From Alphaproteobacteria bacterium (GTDB taxonomy: Bacteria; Pseudomonadota; Alphaproteobacteria; SHVV01), in the NCBI GenBank assembly GCA_965261735.1, contig OZ253470.1:864001-928000 (forward strand): a stretch of 64,000 nt of DNA, read 5' to 3'. Positions 1 to 10,065 of the stretch are shown here, piece after piece; positions within the stretch are counted from its first letter, which is position 1; every line of letters begins with the position of its first letter. The notes under the pieces were generated by a model. The model made no database searches, had not been told where the DNA came from, and worked only from the letters and a program-made list of their open reading frames with translations. The position numbers were made by a program, and so were the translations under genes.

Positions 1-159
1 TTCGACAAGGAGTGGCGGCTTACGCTCGTCCACAGCGTGGCGCTCGCCCGCGATCTGACGCTGATCGGAACGGCGCAGCGGACCTACGTCGACAGCAACC
101 TCTCCAACTTCTCCTACAACAACTCGCTCCTGTCAGTCGGCGCCTCCTGGCGCTTCTAG
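1..159 (+). CDS. 3' end of probable outer-membrane beta-barrel protein (partial, runs off window)
   Basis: Frame 1 reads FDKEWRLTLVHSVALARDLTLIGTAQRTYVDSNLSNFSYNNSLLSVGASWRF*; alternating beta-strand pattern and terminal aromatic residue; TAG at 157-159. Confidence 0.6.
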   Translation, partial: FDKEWRLTLVHSVALARDLTLIGTAQRTYVDSNLSNFSYNNSLLSVGASWRF

Positions 160-1058
160 TGGATTGATTCCAACGTTTGGAACCCTCTGTTTCGTGCGGC
201 GATGATATGATCGGGGTCGGCTTTCCAGATGAAGGGTTTTGGGTTTGCGTCATTGTATTCGCGGACAAATCGGTTGATGGCGGCCTGAAGGTCGACGACG
301 GATTGGAAGACGCCGTATTTGAGCCTGCGCCGCGTTAGTTTGGCGAAGAAGCCCTCGACGGCATTGAGCCACGAGCACGAGGTTGGCGTGAAGTGGAAGG
401 TCCAGCGTGGATGGCGGGCGAGCCAGGCGCGGACCTTGTCCTTCTTGTGCGCGGCGTAGTTGTCGAGGATGACGTGGACGGCCTTGTCCGTCGGCACCTC
501 GCGCTCGATGCGGTTGAGGAAGCGGATGAACTCCTGATGGCGGTGGCGCTGCATGTTCTGTGCGATGACCGTACCGTCCAGCACGTTGAGCGCGGCGAAC
601 AGCGTCGTCGTGCCATGCCGTTTGTAATCATAGGTCATCGTACCGGCGCGGCCCTTCTTCATCGGCAAGCCGGGTTGGGTGCGGTCGAGCGCCTGGATCT
701 GTGATTTCTCATCAACCGACAGCACCACGGCATGGGCCGGCGGATCGACATACAAGCCGACGATATCTGTGAGCTTCTCGGCGAAGGCGGGATCATTGGA
801 GAGCTTGAAGTGCCGCCAGCGGTGCGGGCTGAGGCCATGGGCCTTCCAGATCGCTTGGACCGTCGACGCCGCGACGCCAGCAACCTTCGCCATCGCGCGC
901 AGCGTCCAGTGGGTCGCCTCGTGCGGCGGCGCTTGCTGGGTCAGGCGGACGATCTCGGCGACGCGCTCCGGCGGGATCGGCGCTTTGCCAGGCGGACGGG
1001 ACCTGTCGCGAAGCAAGCCGTTGACACCCTCGTGCATGAACCGCTCCTGCCAGCGCCA

Positions 1059-2452
1059 GGCTGTGTCTCGAAAGTGGTGGAAATTTGAGGATGGCGTAAT
1101 CTCCGGGTGACAAGACAACCACCCAATCGGCGGCTAGCACCGCCAAGGAGATCACGCCATGAAGAACACTACCGAGACTTCCGCGCTTTCGCTACTGGCC
1201 AATGACGCCGGCTATGATCCGCTCGAGGACCGGCTGCGGGAGAACATCAGATCCACGATCGAGGCCGTTTTTGAGGAGGAACTTGCGCAGTTTCTCGGGC
1301 GCTGCCGATACGGTCGAGAGGACGCGCTTCGGCAAGGGTATCGGAACGGGCACCGGGAGCGGCAACTGACGGGGACATTCGGGACCGAGAGGGTGAGCGT
1401 GCCGCGTGCGCGGATCGTTGAGGAAGACGGTCGGGCGTCGGAATGGCGTTCGCGGGCGCTGCCGCGCTACCAGCGGCTGACCAGAAAGGCCGAGGCGCTG
1501 ATCGCTTCGGTGTATCTGTCCGGAACCAACACGCGGCGGGTGAAACGCGCGCTGTTCGGGCTCTTCCGGGGTGCTGTGAGCAAGGACGTTGTGAGCCGGG
1601 CGTGGCGCAAGGTGAAGGTCGATTGGGACGCCTGGTGCAGCCGTGGCCTCGCGGATGAGGATATCGTTCGGCTGATCCTTGACGGCACTGTGATCAAGAC
1701 CCGACTGGACCGCAAGGCCACCAACATCTCGGTTCTCGCGGCTATAGGGGTGCGCCGGGATGGCCAGAAGGTCTTGCTTTCGATCGGGAATATGGGCGGA
1801 GAAAGCCAGGCGGCGTGGCGCCAGTTCCTCGACGACCTTGATGCGCGTGGACTGAAACGGCCCGGGTTTGTCATCGTCGATGGCGCGCCGGGACTGGAGG
1901 CGGCTCTGTCGGCGCTTTGGGGCGATGACCTTCCCGTTCAACGCTGCACCGTGCACAAGCACCGCAACCTTCTGGGTCATGCTCCCAAACACATGCATGA
2001 CGAGCTGAGCGAAGATTACCGCGATATGATCTATGCCGACACTGCCTCCGAGGTGGAAACCCGCCGCAAGGCGTTTGTCCGCAAGTGGCGGCTGAAATGC
2101 AGGGCCGTCGCGGACAGCCTCGCAGAAGCGGGCGACAAGCTCTTTACCTTCACGCGCCTGTCCAAGAGCCAATGGAAATCAGCCCGAACGACCAACGCCA
2201 TTGAGCGTCTCAACGAGGAGTTCAAGCGCCGGATCAAAACACAGACCGTGCTGCCGTGTCCCGAAACAGTGCCGATGCTCCTCTGGGCACTCCTCGCTTC
2301 CGGCCAAATCCAGATGCGCAAAGTCGATGGATGGGAAACCCTCGATCAGCTAATCGCCGACGAAACCCTTGACCGCGCAGCCTGACCGCCGCAAAACTCA
2401 ACCCGCTCGGAGAGGCGCCAAAACCAATTTCCACCACTTTCGAGACACAACC
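1059..2452 (+). mobile_element. IS256-family element
   Basis: Terminal IRs GG(C/T)TGTGTCTCGAAAGTGGTGGAAATT; 8-bp target duplication CAGCGCCA at 1051-1058 and 2453-2460. Confidence 0.95.
1159..2385 (+). CDS. IS256-family (Mutator-like) transposase
   Basis: YRNG, LILDG, VDGAPGL, QRCTVH, TTNAIERLNEEFKRR motifs; RBS AAGGAG upstream. Confidence 0.95.
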   Translation: MKNTTETSALSLLANDAGYDPLEDRLRENIRSTIEAVFEEELAQFLGRCRYGREDALRQGYRNGHRERQLTGTFGTERVSVPRARIVEEDGRASEWRSRALPRYQRLTRKAEALIASVYLSGTNTRRVKRALFGLFRGAVSKDVVSRAWRKVKVDWDAWCSRGLADEDIVRLILDGTVIKTRLDRKATNISVLAAIGVRRDGQKVLLSIGNMGGESQAAWRQFLDDLDARGLKRPGFVIVDGAPGLEAALSALWGDDLPVQRCTVHKHRNLLGHAPKHMHDELSEDYRDMIYADTASEVETRRKAFVRKWRLKCRAVADSLAEAGDKLFTFTRLSKSQWKSARTTNAIERLNEEFKRRIKTQTVLPCPETVPMLLWALLASGQIQMRKVDGWETLDQLIADETLDRAA

Positions 2453-2949
2453 CAGCGCCAGACACAGGTCTTGGACTTGCCGGTCTCGGCCATGATCGAC
2501 GAGTTCCCGAGCCCCTCGTCGCTCTTCAGGATGATCCGCGCCCGCCAGACATGTTTCTGCGAGCTCTTCGGGTCCGCGACGATAGCTTGCAATCGCTGAC
2601 GGTCGCCAGACGTGACAGTAAAATGGATGCCGGTGCGCATAGCACAGACTCGCATGACACCGCACAATACGGAATCTCAAATCGGACTCTTTCGTTCCGA
2701 TCAATCCACTAGAGCCGCGGCGAGAGCGCCCTCAGCGGGCCCTCGCGTTGCCGGCCAGTGCCGGCATCCGTGGGCGCCGGACATCGCCGGTGCAAGGAGT
2801 GCGGCCTGCGAGCGCGCTTGACCCTTTTCAACAGTTCGGGCCTGTGATACTCCCGGGCCGACGAGGACCTAACAGTCGGCGTTTGCCGGGGCGCGGCGAA
2901 CGAACATCCGAGACCCCGTTTTCAGTTTCGCCTCGCTAACGACCGGTTG

Positions 2950-3873
2950 ATGCAGATCTACCTGCCCATCGCCGAAATGTCCGTCAGCATCTTTCTGGTG
3001 CTGGGAATGGGCGCAGGGGTCGGGTTCCTTTCCGGCATGTTCGGCGTCGGCGGCGGCTTTCTCATGACGCCCCTGCTGATCTTCGTTGGCGTGACGCCGG
3101 CCGTCGCCGTCGCCACCGAAGCCAATCAGGTTGTCGCAGCGTCGGTTTCCGGCGGCATCGCGCATTGGCGGCGCGGCAACGTCGATCTGAAGATGGGCGC
3201 GGTGCTGGTGCTCGGCGGCATCCTGGGCTCGACCGTAGGCGCGCTCATTTTCCGGGCCGTGCGCGAGATCGGCCAGGTCGATCTCCTGATCGCGCTCAGC
3301 TATGTCGTGTTTCTCGGTATCGTCGGCTCGCTCATGCTGAGCGAAAGCGCCACCCGCATCATCCGCACGCTGCGCCAGGCCCGCACCAAGCCGCGCAAGG
3401 CTCACATCCACACCTGGGCGCACGGGCTGCCGCTCAAGATGCGCTTCCACCGCTCCAAGCTCTACATCAGTGCCCTGCTGCCCCTGACGATGGGCTTTCT
3501 GGTCGGCGTGCTGGCCGCGATCATGGGAGTCGGCGGCGGCTTCATCATGGTGCCGGCGATGATCTATATCCTCGGCATGCCGACCGTCGTCGCCGTCGGT
3601 ACATCGCTCTTTCAGATCATCTTCGTCACCGCCAACGTGACCTTCCTGCACGCCCTCACCAACCACACGGTCGACGTCCTGTTGGCGCTGCTGCTGCTCG
3701 TCGGCGCCGTCGTCGGCGCCCAGATCGGCGCCAACGTTGGCGTGCGCCTGCGCGGCGAACAGTTGCGCGCCCTGCTCGCGCTCTTGGTGCTCGGCGTGTG
3801 CGCGGGGCTCGTGTACAGCCTCGTCGTGACGCCGCCCGACCCCTACTCCGTCAATCCGCTGTTCACCGGATGA
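2950..3873 (+). CDS. TauE/SafE-family sulfite exporter
   Basis: MQIYLPIAEMSV start, duplicated GVGGGF motifs, multi-TM. Confidence 0.9.
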   Translation: MQIYLPIAEMSVSIFLVLGMGAGVGFLSGMFGVGGGFLMTPLLIFVGVTPAVAVATEANQVVAASVSGGIAHWRRGNVDLKMGAVLVLGGILGSTVGALIFRAVREIGQVDLLIALSYVVFLGIVGSLMLSESATRIIRTLRQARTKPRKAHIHTWAHGLPLKMRFHRSKLYISALLPLTMGFLVGVLAAIMGVGGGFIMVPAMIYILGMPTVVAVGTSLFQIIFVTANVTFLHALTNHTVDVLLALLLLVGAVVGAQIGANVGVRLRGEQLRALLALLVLGVCAGLVYSLVVTPPDPYSVNPLFTG

Positions 3874-4631
3874 GTAGCCGCCCGCCGTCACCAGCTGCCC
3901 TCGGGCTCGCGCTGGCCGCGCTCGGACTGCTGGCGACGCCCGCCGCGGCCCAGGGCGAGTCCCTGGTCGCGGACCTGTCCTCGCACCTCATCAACATCAC
4001 CTCGAGTTACACCGGCGCCGAGCTCGTGCTGTTCGGCTCATCGACCGGCGAAGGCGAGATTGCGGTGGTCGTGCGCGGACCGCCGCAGCCCCAGGTCGTG
4101 CGTCGCAAGACCCGCTTCCTCGGCATCTGGATCAACAGCGCCGCGGTCACGTTTACGAACGCGCCGGGGTTCTACGCCGTCGCGGCAACGCGACCGCTCG
4201 CCGACTTTGCGCCACCCGCGCTGTTGGCGCACTACGGCATCGGCGCGGAGAACTTGCGCCTTGAGACCGCCACACCGTTGAGCGCGGAGAAGTTGCGAGT
4301 CTATCGCGAGGCCCTGGTTCGCAATCGGCGCCGGGCGCAGCTGTTCAGCGGGACGCTCGGCAAGGTCGAGATCTTGGGCGACCGCCTGTTCCGCACCAAC
4401 ATCGAGATTCCAGCCAACGCGCCGGTCGGTACCTACGCGGCCGACTTCTATCTCATTCGCGGCGAGCAGGTCATTGCCCAACAATCGCGGCCGATGACCA
4501 TCACCAAGGTCGGCCTCGAACGAGCGGTGTTCGACTTCGCCAACCAGCGACCCGCAGCGTACGGTGTGGTCGCGGTGCTGCTGGCGATCCTGGGCGGCTG
4601 GCTCGCCGCTGTCTCCTTCCGCAGGACTTGA
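3870..4631 (+). CDS. TIGR02186-like conserved membrane-anchored protein (usual TauE partner)
   Basis: ATGA overlap with tauE stop; signal peptide, LVADLS..I.ITSSYTGAELVLFG, RRK.R..GIWIN, C-terminal TM. Confidence 0.85.
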   Translation: MSSRPPSPAALGLALAALGLLATPAAAQGESLVADLSSHLINITSSYTGAELVLFGSSTGEGEIAVVVRGPPQPQVVRRKTRFLGIWINSAAVTFTNAPGFYAVAATRPLADFAPPALLAHYGIGAENLRLETATPLSAEKLRVYREALVRNRRRAQLFSGTLGKVEILGDRLFRTNIEIPANAPVGTYAADFYLIRGEQVIAQQSRPMTITKVGLERAVFDFANQRPAAYGVVAVLLAILGGWLAAVSFRRT

Positions 4632-4654
4632 GCGGTGGCCGCCGAGAGCCGGGC

Positions 4655-4879
4655 CTACCCGGCCTTGCGGATGCGAAAGCTGAAGATGCCCGCCGCCTCT
4701 TCGCAAGCCACGAGCTGATGGCCCGCGGCCTCGCAGAAGGCCGCGAAGTCCGGGACGCTGGCCGGGTCGGTCGCGACAACCTCGAGAATTTCGCCCGGCG
4801 CAACGCTCTTGATCGCCTTGCGTGCGCGTAGCACGGGGAGCGGACAAGCGAGCCCGGTGGCATCGACCGTGTGGGCCAT
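4655..4879 (-). CDS. tusA: TusA/SirA-family sulfurtransferase
   Basis: VDATGLACPLPVLRARKA (CPxP), ATDP motif, 74 aa, GGAGG RBS. Confidence 0.9.
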   Translation of the reverse strand: MAHTVDATGLACPLPVLRARKAIKSVAPGEILEVVATDPASVPDFAAFCEAAGHQLVACEEAAGIFSFRIRKAG

Positions 4880-5020
4880 GAGACCTCCCGTGCATGCGCC
4901 CCGCCACCCTACCACGGCGACGCAACTAAGGGCGCGCGCACGACAAAGTGATTCGCCTCGACGCGCGCGCGCCCTTAGTTGGGCGGAAATGGCAGTCACT
5001 TCCCAGGGCTGGAGGCCGCC

Positions 5021-5764
5021 ATGGCGGTAGCCGAGATCTCCTATGTCGCGGCGGCGGCGGCGGGGGCCATCAGCTTTCTGTCTCCCTGCGTGCTGCCGAT
5101 CGTCCCCGGCTATCTCTGCTTCGTGGCCGGAACCTCGCTCGACCGGCTGACGGACGAGGAGGTGGAGGACCGGGCACTGAACCGGCGCGTCGTGTCATCG
5201 GCGTTCGCCTTCGTGCTCGGCTTCTCGGTCGTGTTCATTGCCATGGGCGCGTCCGCCTCGGCCATCAACGCGCTCCTATTCAACAACATTGGCATCATCA
5301 GCAAGATCGCCGGCGCGGTCATCATCCTGTTCGGCATTCACTATATGGGGCTGCTGCGCATCCGCTGGCTCGACCGCGAGTTCCGCTTCAACCCGGAGCG
5401 CGCACCGATCGGCCTCACCGGCGCCTTTCTCGTCGGCCTCGCCTTCGCTTTTGGGTGGACGCCGTGCATCGGGCCGATGCTGGCCACGATCCTGACGCTG
5501 GCCGCGGCCAACGACTCGCTCGGCTATGGCGTCTCTCTGCTCGGCACCTACGCGCTCGGTCTCGGCATCCCCTTCGTCGCGGCGGCGTTCGCGGTGCGGC
5601 CCTTCATGGCTTTTCTCGTGCGCTTTCGCCGCCACCTGCGCCGGGTCGAGATCGCCGCCGGCGGCTTGCTCGTCGCCACCGGCGCGCTCATCTTCACGGG
5701 CTCGCTGTCGCGGCTCAGCTACCTCATGCTGGATGCCTTCCCGGCACTCGGCACCATCGGCTGA
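5021..5764 (+). CDS. ccdA: Cytochrome c biogenesis protein CcdA
   Basis: SFLSPCVLP and FGWTPCIGP motifs; multi-TM. Confidence 0.92.
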   Translation: MAVAEISYVAAAAAGAISFLSPCVLPIVPGYLCFVAGTSLDRLTDEEVEDRALNRRVVSSAFAFVLGFSVVFIAMGASASAINALLFNNIGIISKIAGAVIILFGIHYMGLLRIRWLDREFRFNPERAPIGLTGAFLVGLAFAFGWTPCIGPMLATILTLAAANDSLGYGVSLLGTYALGLGIPFVAAAFAVRPFMAFLVRFRRHLRRVEIAAGGLLVATGALIFTGSLSRLSYLMLDAFPALGTIG

Positions 5765-5927
5765 GACCGCGCCCGGTGCGGCCAATCCGCGGCGGCCTAA
5801 CCGACATCGCCTGCACCCTCCTGACCCGATGCACGGGGCGCCCAGGCTGCCGTTCTGATCCATGTTAAGGCGCCGCCACCTCAGGCGCTTAGTCTCCTTT
5901 CTTGCCTTCGTGAAAGAGGATACGGAA

Positions 5928-6410
5928 ATGAGGCGGGCGGTATTCATTGGGCTCCCTGCCGCCGTGGTGGCTGCAGTGGTAATCGCCGGCGCGCCGGGGG
6001 TCGGCGTCGGGCATTCGGCGCTGGCCCATGGTGTGGTTGTCGGGCCGGGCTCCGGTCAATCGGGCGTCCCGATGATGGGCCAGGGCATGGGTCACGGCAT
6101 GATGGGCCAAGGCATGGGTCACGGTATGATGGGCCAGGGCATCGGGCACGGTATGATGGGCGGCGGCAACATGCCTGGCGGGCAGGGCACAACCGGACGT
6201 GTGACGCCGGACGTGCATGTGACGGTTGAGGACGCGCGCCACTTCTTCGGCCACCAGCTGACGGCGTGGGGCAACCAGCGTCTCAAGCTCGGCAAGGTCG
6301 GGGAGAAGGACGAGGACACGACCACCGCCGATATCGTCACGCTCGACGATTCCCTGGTTCAGCGTTACGCGATCGATCGCCACACTGGCGTGGTGCGCGC
6401 CGCCAACTAG
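5928..6410 (+). CDS. Secreted hypothetical protein with Met/His/Gly repeats
   Basis: Signal peptide, (MMGQGMGHG)x3, small C-terminal globular domain; RBS GAGGA. Confidence 0.7.
   Translation: MRRAVFIGLPAAVVAAVVIAGAPGVGVGHSALAHGVVVGPGSGQSGVPMMGQGMGHGMMGQGMGHGMMGQGIGHGMMGGGNMPGGQGTTGRVTPDVHVTVEDARHFFGHQLTAWGNQRLKLGKVGEKDEDTTTADIVTLDDSLVQRYAIDRHTGVVRAAN
6072..6161 (+). repeat. 27-bp coding tandem repeat, ~3.3 copies
   Basis: ATGATGGGCCAGGGCATGGGTCACGGC unit at 6072, 6099, 6126, partial at 6153. Confidence 0.9.
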
Positions 6411-6436
6411 GCGCCCGCAGTCGGCCGCGCCGCCGG

Positions 6437-8035
6437 TCAGGCCAGGTACGCGCTCACGTCGACCTCATCGATCTGCTCCGGGAGCAGGAAGCGCTCGGCG
6501 TAGGCCTTATGGACCCCGGCCTCGAGGAAGAGACGAAAGAGGTCGCGGTCGATGTGCCCGGTCGCGCTCATATGGTGCAGGATGGCGAGCGATTCGCTGA
6601 GCGATTTCGCTTGCTTGTAGGGGCGGTCGGCCGCGATCAACGCCTCGAAGATGTCGGCGATGGCCATCATGCGCGCCGGCAGCGACATCTGATCGGCGTT
6701 GAGGCCGCGCGGGTAGCCGCCGCCGTCCATGCGCTCGTGATGGCCGCCGGCATATTCCGGCACGCGGCGTAGGTGGGGCGGGAACGGGAGCTGCTCCAGC
6801 ATCTTGATGGTCATCACGACGTGGTTGTTGATGACCTCGCGCTCTTCGGCGGTAAGGGTGCCGCGCCCGATGCTGAGGTTGTGGACCTCGTCCTCGGTGA
6901 GGACCGGCCCCTCGTCGCCGCCGCGCCGCCACCGCCGGGTGGCGATACGCTCGATGCGCAAGACGTCGTCGGGAGCCGTGAACTCGGCACCGATATTGCT
7001 CTTTTCGATAAACGCGAGGTCCTCGGCCAGGCTCTCCTTTTCGGCGGCAAGCGCGGCCTCGAGCCCGGCCCGATCCGCGCCACCTTCGCCGTGGGCCTCG
7101 AGGTAGCTGATCTCGGCGTCGCGCTCGAGGACCTCGAAACGGGCGCCGATCGTTTCGATACGATCGTAGATGGTCTCGAGCTTGGTCGCCTTGTCGACGA
7201 CATATTCCGGCGTCGTGACCTTGCCGCAGTCGTGCAGCTACCCGGCGATATGAAGCTCGTACAACTCCGCCTCCGACAGATCGAAGGCCGCGAAGGGACC
7301 GCTGGTGGCCCGGCAGGCGGCCGCGGCGAGCATCTCGGTTAGCACTGGAACACGCTGGCAGTGCCCGCCGGTATAGGGCGACTTCTCGTCGATCGCCGCG
7401 GCGATCAATTGAATGAAGGATTCGAGCAGGTTCTTCTGGGCCTCGAGCAGCATTTGGTTGTCCAGCGCCACCGCCGCCTGTGAAGCGAGCGCCTCGACGA
7501 GGGGCTGGACCTCGGCATCGAAGGCGACGACCTCGCCGGTGTCGCGATCGAGCGCGTTGATGAGCTGCAGGACGCCGATCACCTCGCCCGCGTAGTTCTG
7601 CAGGGGCACGGGGAGGAAGGAGGTCGAGCGGTAGCCGGTGCGGGCGTCGAAGGCCTGGGTGCCACTGAAGTCGAAATCGGCGGCCGTGTAGGCATCGGCG
7701 ATATTGACCGTCCTCTTGCGCAACGCGGCGTGGGTGGCGACGTTGCGCTCGTTGGGCGCGCCCGCCGCGTCGTAGAGCGCGAGCGCGGGAAAGGCGATGG
7801 CCTCGCCGCTTGCACCGCCGAGGGCAATGCCGAGGCTGTCGCTGCGCACGATCTCGAAGGCCAGCCGGTCGTCCCCGGTGCGCAGGTAGAGCGTGCCACC
7901 GTCGGCGTCGCACAGGGCCTGCGCCTCCACCAGGATGCGCTCCATCAGGCGCGCGTGGTCGCGCTCCGCCGACAGCGCGATACCGACTTCGATGAGTTTG
8001 GCGAGCCGCGCCGCGTCCCGCTCCTGCGCCAGCAT
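6437..8035 (-). pseudogene. GAF + HD-GYP phosphodiesterase with one in-frame amber stop
   Basis: Continuous frame DEKSPYTGGHC...HIAG*LHDCGKVTTPEYVVDK...HHERMDGGGYPRGL...IADIFEAL; TAG at 7240-7238 where Trp is usual. Confidence 0.88.
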
Positions 8036-8079
8036 GTCTCCCTCCCACATAGCGACCTAGCAGGCTGCTGAAAAAGTCA

Positions 8080-8241
8080 TCATTGCCGGGCCTTGAACTC
8101 GGATTCATCGCCGAAATGAAATGAGATTTCGTGTCTTAGGGTGAAACCGTCTTCAATCTCGACCGATCCGATGCCCTGGGCTTCGTCCAGTTCGATGATC
8201 TGCCACTTTGCGGTCAGCGGCGTGCCGGCATCGCCCGTCAT
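8080..8241 (-). pseudogene. Shortened passenger ORF at the IS5 3' end
   Basis: ATGA-coupled to transposase stop; MTGDAGTPLTAKWQIIELD...EISFHFGDESEFKARQ resembles the ends of a small ORF often carried by such elements. Confidence 0.4.
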
Positions 8242-9869
8242 GTTGGCGCCTCCGCCAGCAGTCTGGGTAGTCGGACGAGGTTGTAGGCGGCCAAGGCCAG
8301 GGTGAACGAAGCGTCGACCCGGTGGCGGCCCCGGAATTTGGTCTTGCTCAATCCCGCGCTCGTCTTGACCCAGCCGAAGACCTCCTCGATGCGCTTGCGG
8401 CAACGTTGGCTGACGCCGTAACCGGGATGGCGCGTCGTGCGCCCGTCTATCTTGGTCTTGCGCCGCTTGCCGGTCTTGGTGACGTGGTCCTGGACGGCGA
8501 TATGGGGGGTCACCTTGCGGTGCCGCAGTTCCTCGACAAAATCCGCGACGTCAAAACCCTTGTCCCCGCCCACCGTGATCCGACGCCGCCCGCCTCTACT
8601 CTCCACCGGGCGATGCCTGTCGATCAGATCAAGGGCGGCTTCGCGTTCCGCCGTGCCCGACGCAATGGTCACGCCGCCGCCGACTGCCAGACCATGGCGG
8701 TTCTCCGTCAGCGCATGGCCCATGTAACACAGCTTGCTTTCCCGGCCATTACCCTTGCGATAAAGCCGGGCGTCCGGATCAGTGGTGCTTGCATGGGTCG
8801 CGTTCGAGCGTTTCTCGCCATGAAAATCCCGCGCGGCGTTGCGCCCCGATCCCCCGTCGCCATCGTCCTCACCTTTGGGACGAAAGCTCTTCATCGACGC
8901 CCAGGCCTCGATCAATGTTCCGTCTACCGAAAAATGATCCCGGCTCAATAGTCCCCTGCGCCGCGTTAGTTTGGCGAAGAAGCCCTCGACGGCATTGAGC
9001 CACGAGCACGAGGTTGGCGTGAAGTGGAAGGTCCAGCGTGGATGGCGGGCGAGCCAGGCGCGGACCTTGTCCTTCTTGTGCGCGGCGTAGTTGTCGAGGA
9101 TGACGTGGACGGCCTTGTCCGTCGGCACCTCGCGCTCGATGCGGTTGAGGAAGCGGATGAACTCCTGATGGCGGTGGCGCTGCATGTTCTGTGCGATGAC
9201 CGTACCGTCCAGCACGTTGAGCGCGGCGAACAGCGTCGTCGTGCCATGCCGTTTGTAATCATAGGTCATCGTACCGGCGCGGCCCTTCTTCATCGGCAAG
9301 CCGGGTTGGGTGCGGTCGAGCGCCTGGATCTGTGATTTCTCATCAACCGACAGCACCACGGCATGGGCCGGCGGATCGACATACAAGCCGACGATATCTG
9401 TGAGCTTCTCGGCGAAGGCGGGATCATTGGAGAGCTTGAAGTGCCGCCAGCGGTGCGGGCTGAGGCCATGGGCCTTCCAGATCGCTTGGACCGTCGACGC
9501 CGCGACGCCAGCAACCTTCGCCATCGCGCGCAGCGTCCAGTGGGTCGCCTCGTGCGGCGGCGCTTGCTGGGTCAGGCGGACGATCTCGGCGACGCGCTCC
9601 GGCGGGATCGGCGCTTTGCCAGGCGGACGGGACCTGTCGCGAAGCAAGCCGTTGACACCCTCGTGCATGAACCGCTCCTGCCAGCGCCAGACACAGGTCT
9701 TGGACTTGCCGGTCTCGGCCATGATCGACGAGTTCCCGAGCCCCTCGTCGCTCTTCAGGATGATCCGCGCCCGCCAGACATGTTTCTGCGAGCTCTTCGG
9801 GTCCGCGACGATAGCTTGCAATCGCTGACGGTCGCCAGACGTGACAGTAAAATGGATGCCGGTGCGCAT
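8238..9869 (-). CDS. In-frame IS630::IS5 transposase fusion (543 aa)
   Basis: IS630 motifs to KLTRRR, then GLLSRDHFSVDGTLIEAWAS, TTDPDARL, GGDKGF, RKRIEEVFGW (IS5 DDE). Confidence 0.85.
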   Translation of the reverse strand: MRTGIHFTVTSGDRQRLQAIVADPKSSQKHVWRARIILKSDEGLGNSSIMAETGKSKTCVWRWQERFMHEGVNGLLRDRSRPPGKAPIPPERVAEIVRLTQQAPPHEATHWTLRAMAKVAGVAASTVQAIWKAHGLSPHRWRHFKLSNDPAFAEKLTDIVGLYVDPPAHAVVLSVDEKSQIQALDRTQPGLPMKKGRAGTMTYDYKRHGTTTLFAALNVLDGTVIAQNMQRHRHQEFIRFLNRIEREVPTDKAVHVILDNYAAHKKDKVRAWLARHPRWTFHFTPTSCSWLNAVEGFFAKLTRRRGLLSRDHFSVDGTLIEAWASMKSFRPKGEDDGDGGSGRNAARDFHGEKRSNATHASTTDPDARLYRKGNGRESKLCYMGHALTENRHGLAVGGGVTIASGTAEREAALDLIDRHRPVESRGGRRRITVGGDKGFDVADFVEELRHRKVTPHIAVQDHVTKTGKRRKTKIDGRTTRHPGYGVSQRCRKRIEEVFGWVKTSAGLSKTKFRGRHRVDASFTLALAAYNLVRLPRLLAEAPT

Positions 9870-10065
9870 AGCACAGACTCGCATGACACCGCACAATACG
9901 GAATCTCAAATCGGACTCTTTCGTTCCGATCAATCCACTAGCTCCTCGCGGGCGCGAGCATAGCAACGGCCCAGGTATCGCGCGAGATGAAGGGCGGGCC
10001 GGGTGTGGCGCTTGACCCTGACTCGCGTGAAGATAGGATCGCACGACCACTGAGGGGAGGCCGAC

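Larger units (their letters stand above)
156..2640 (-). pseudogene. IS630 transposase split by IS256 insertion
   Basis: MRTGIHFTV...TCVWRW (2640-2453) joins QERFMHEG...VDEK...ILDNY...NAVEGFF...TLESIH* (1050-156) once the IS256 and one target copy are removed. Confidence 0.92.
156..2712 (-). mobile_element. IS630-family element (copy 1), interrupted by IS256
   Basis: Ends CTAGTGGATTGATTCCAACG (156) and CGTTCCGATCAATCCACTAG (2712) are inverted repeats including target CTAG; transposase halves match the uninterrupted copy at 8955-9941. Confidence 0.93.
8057..9941 (-). mobile_element. Chimeric IS remnant: IS630 5' part fused to IS5-family 3' part
   Basis: IS630 IR + CTAG at 9938-9941; identity to copy 1 stops at ~8955; IS5-type end CTAGCAGGCTGCTGAAAAA at 8057. 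Confidence 0.85.
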
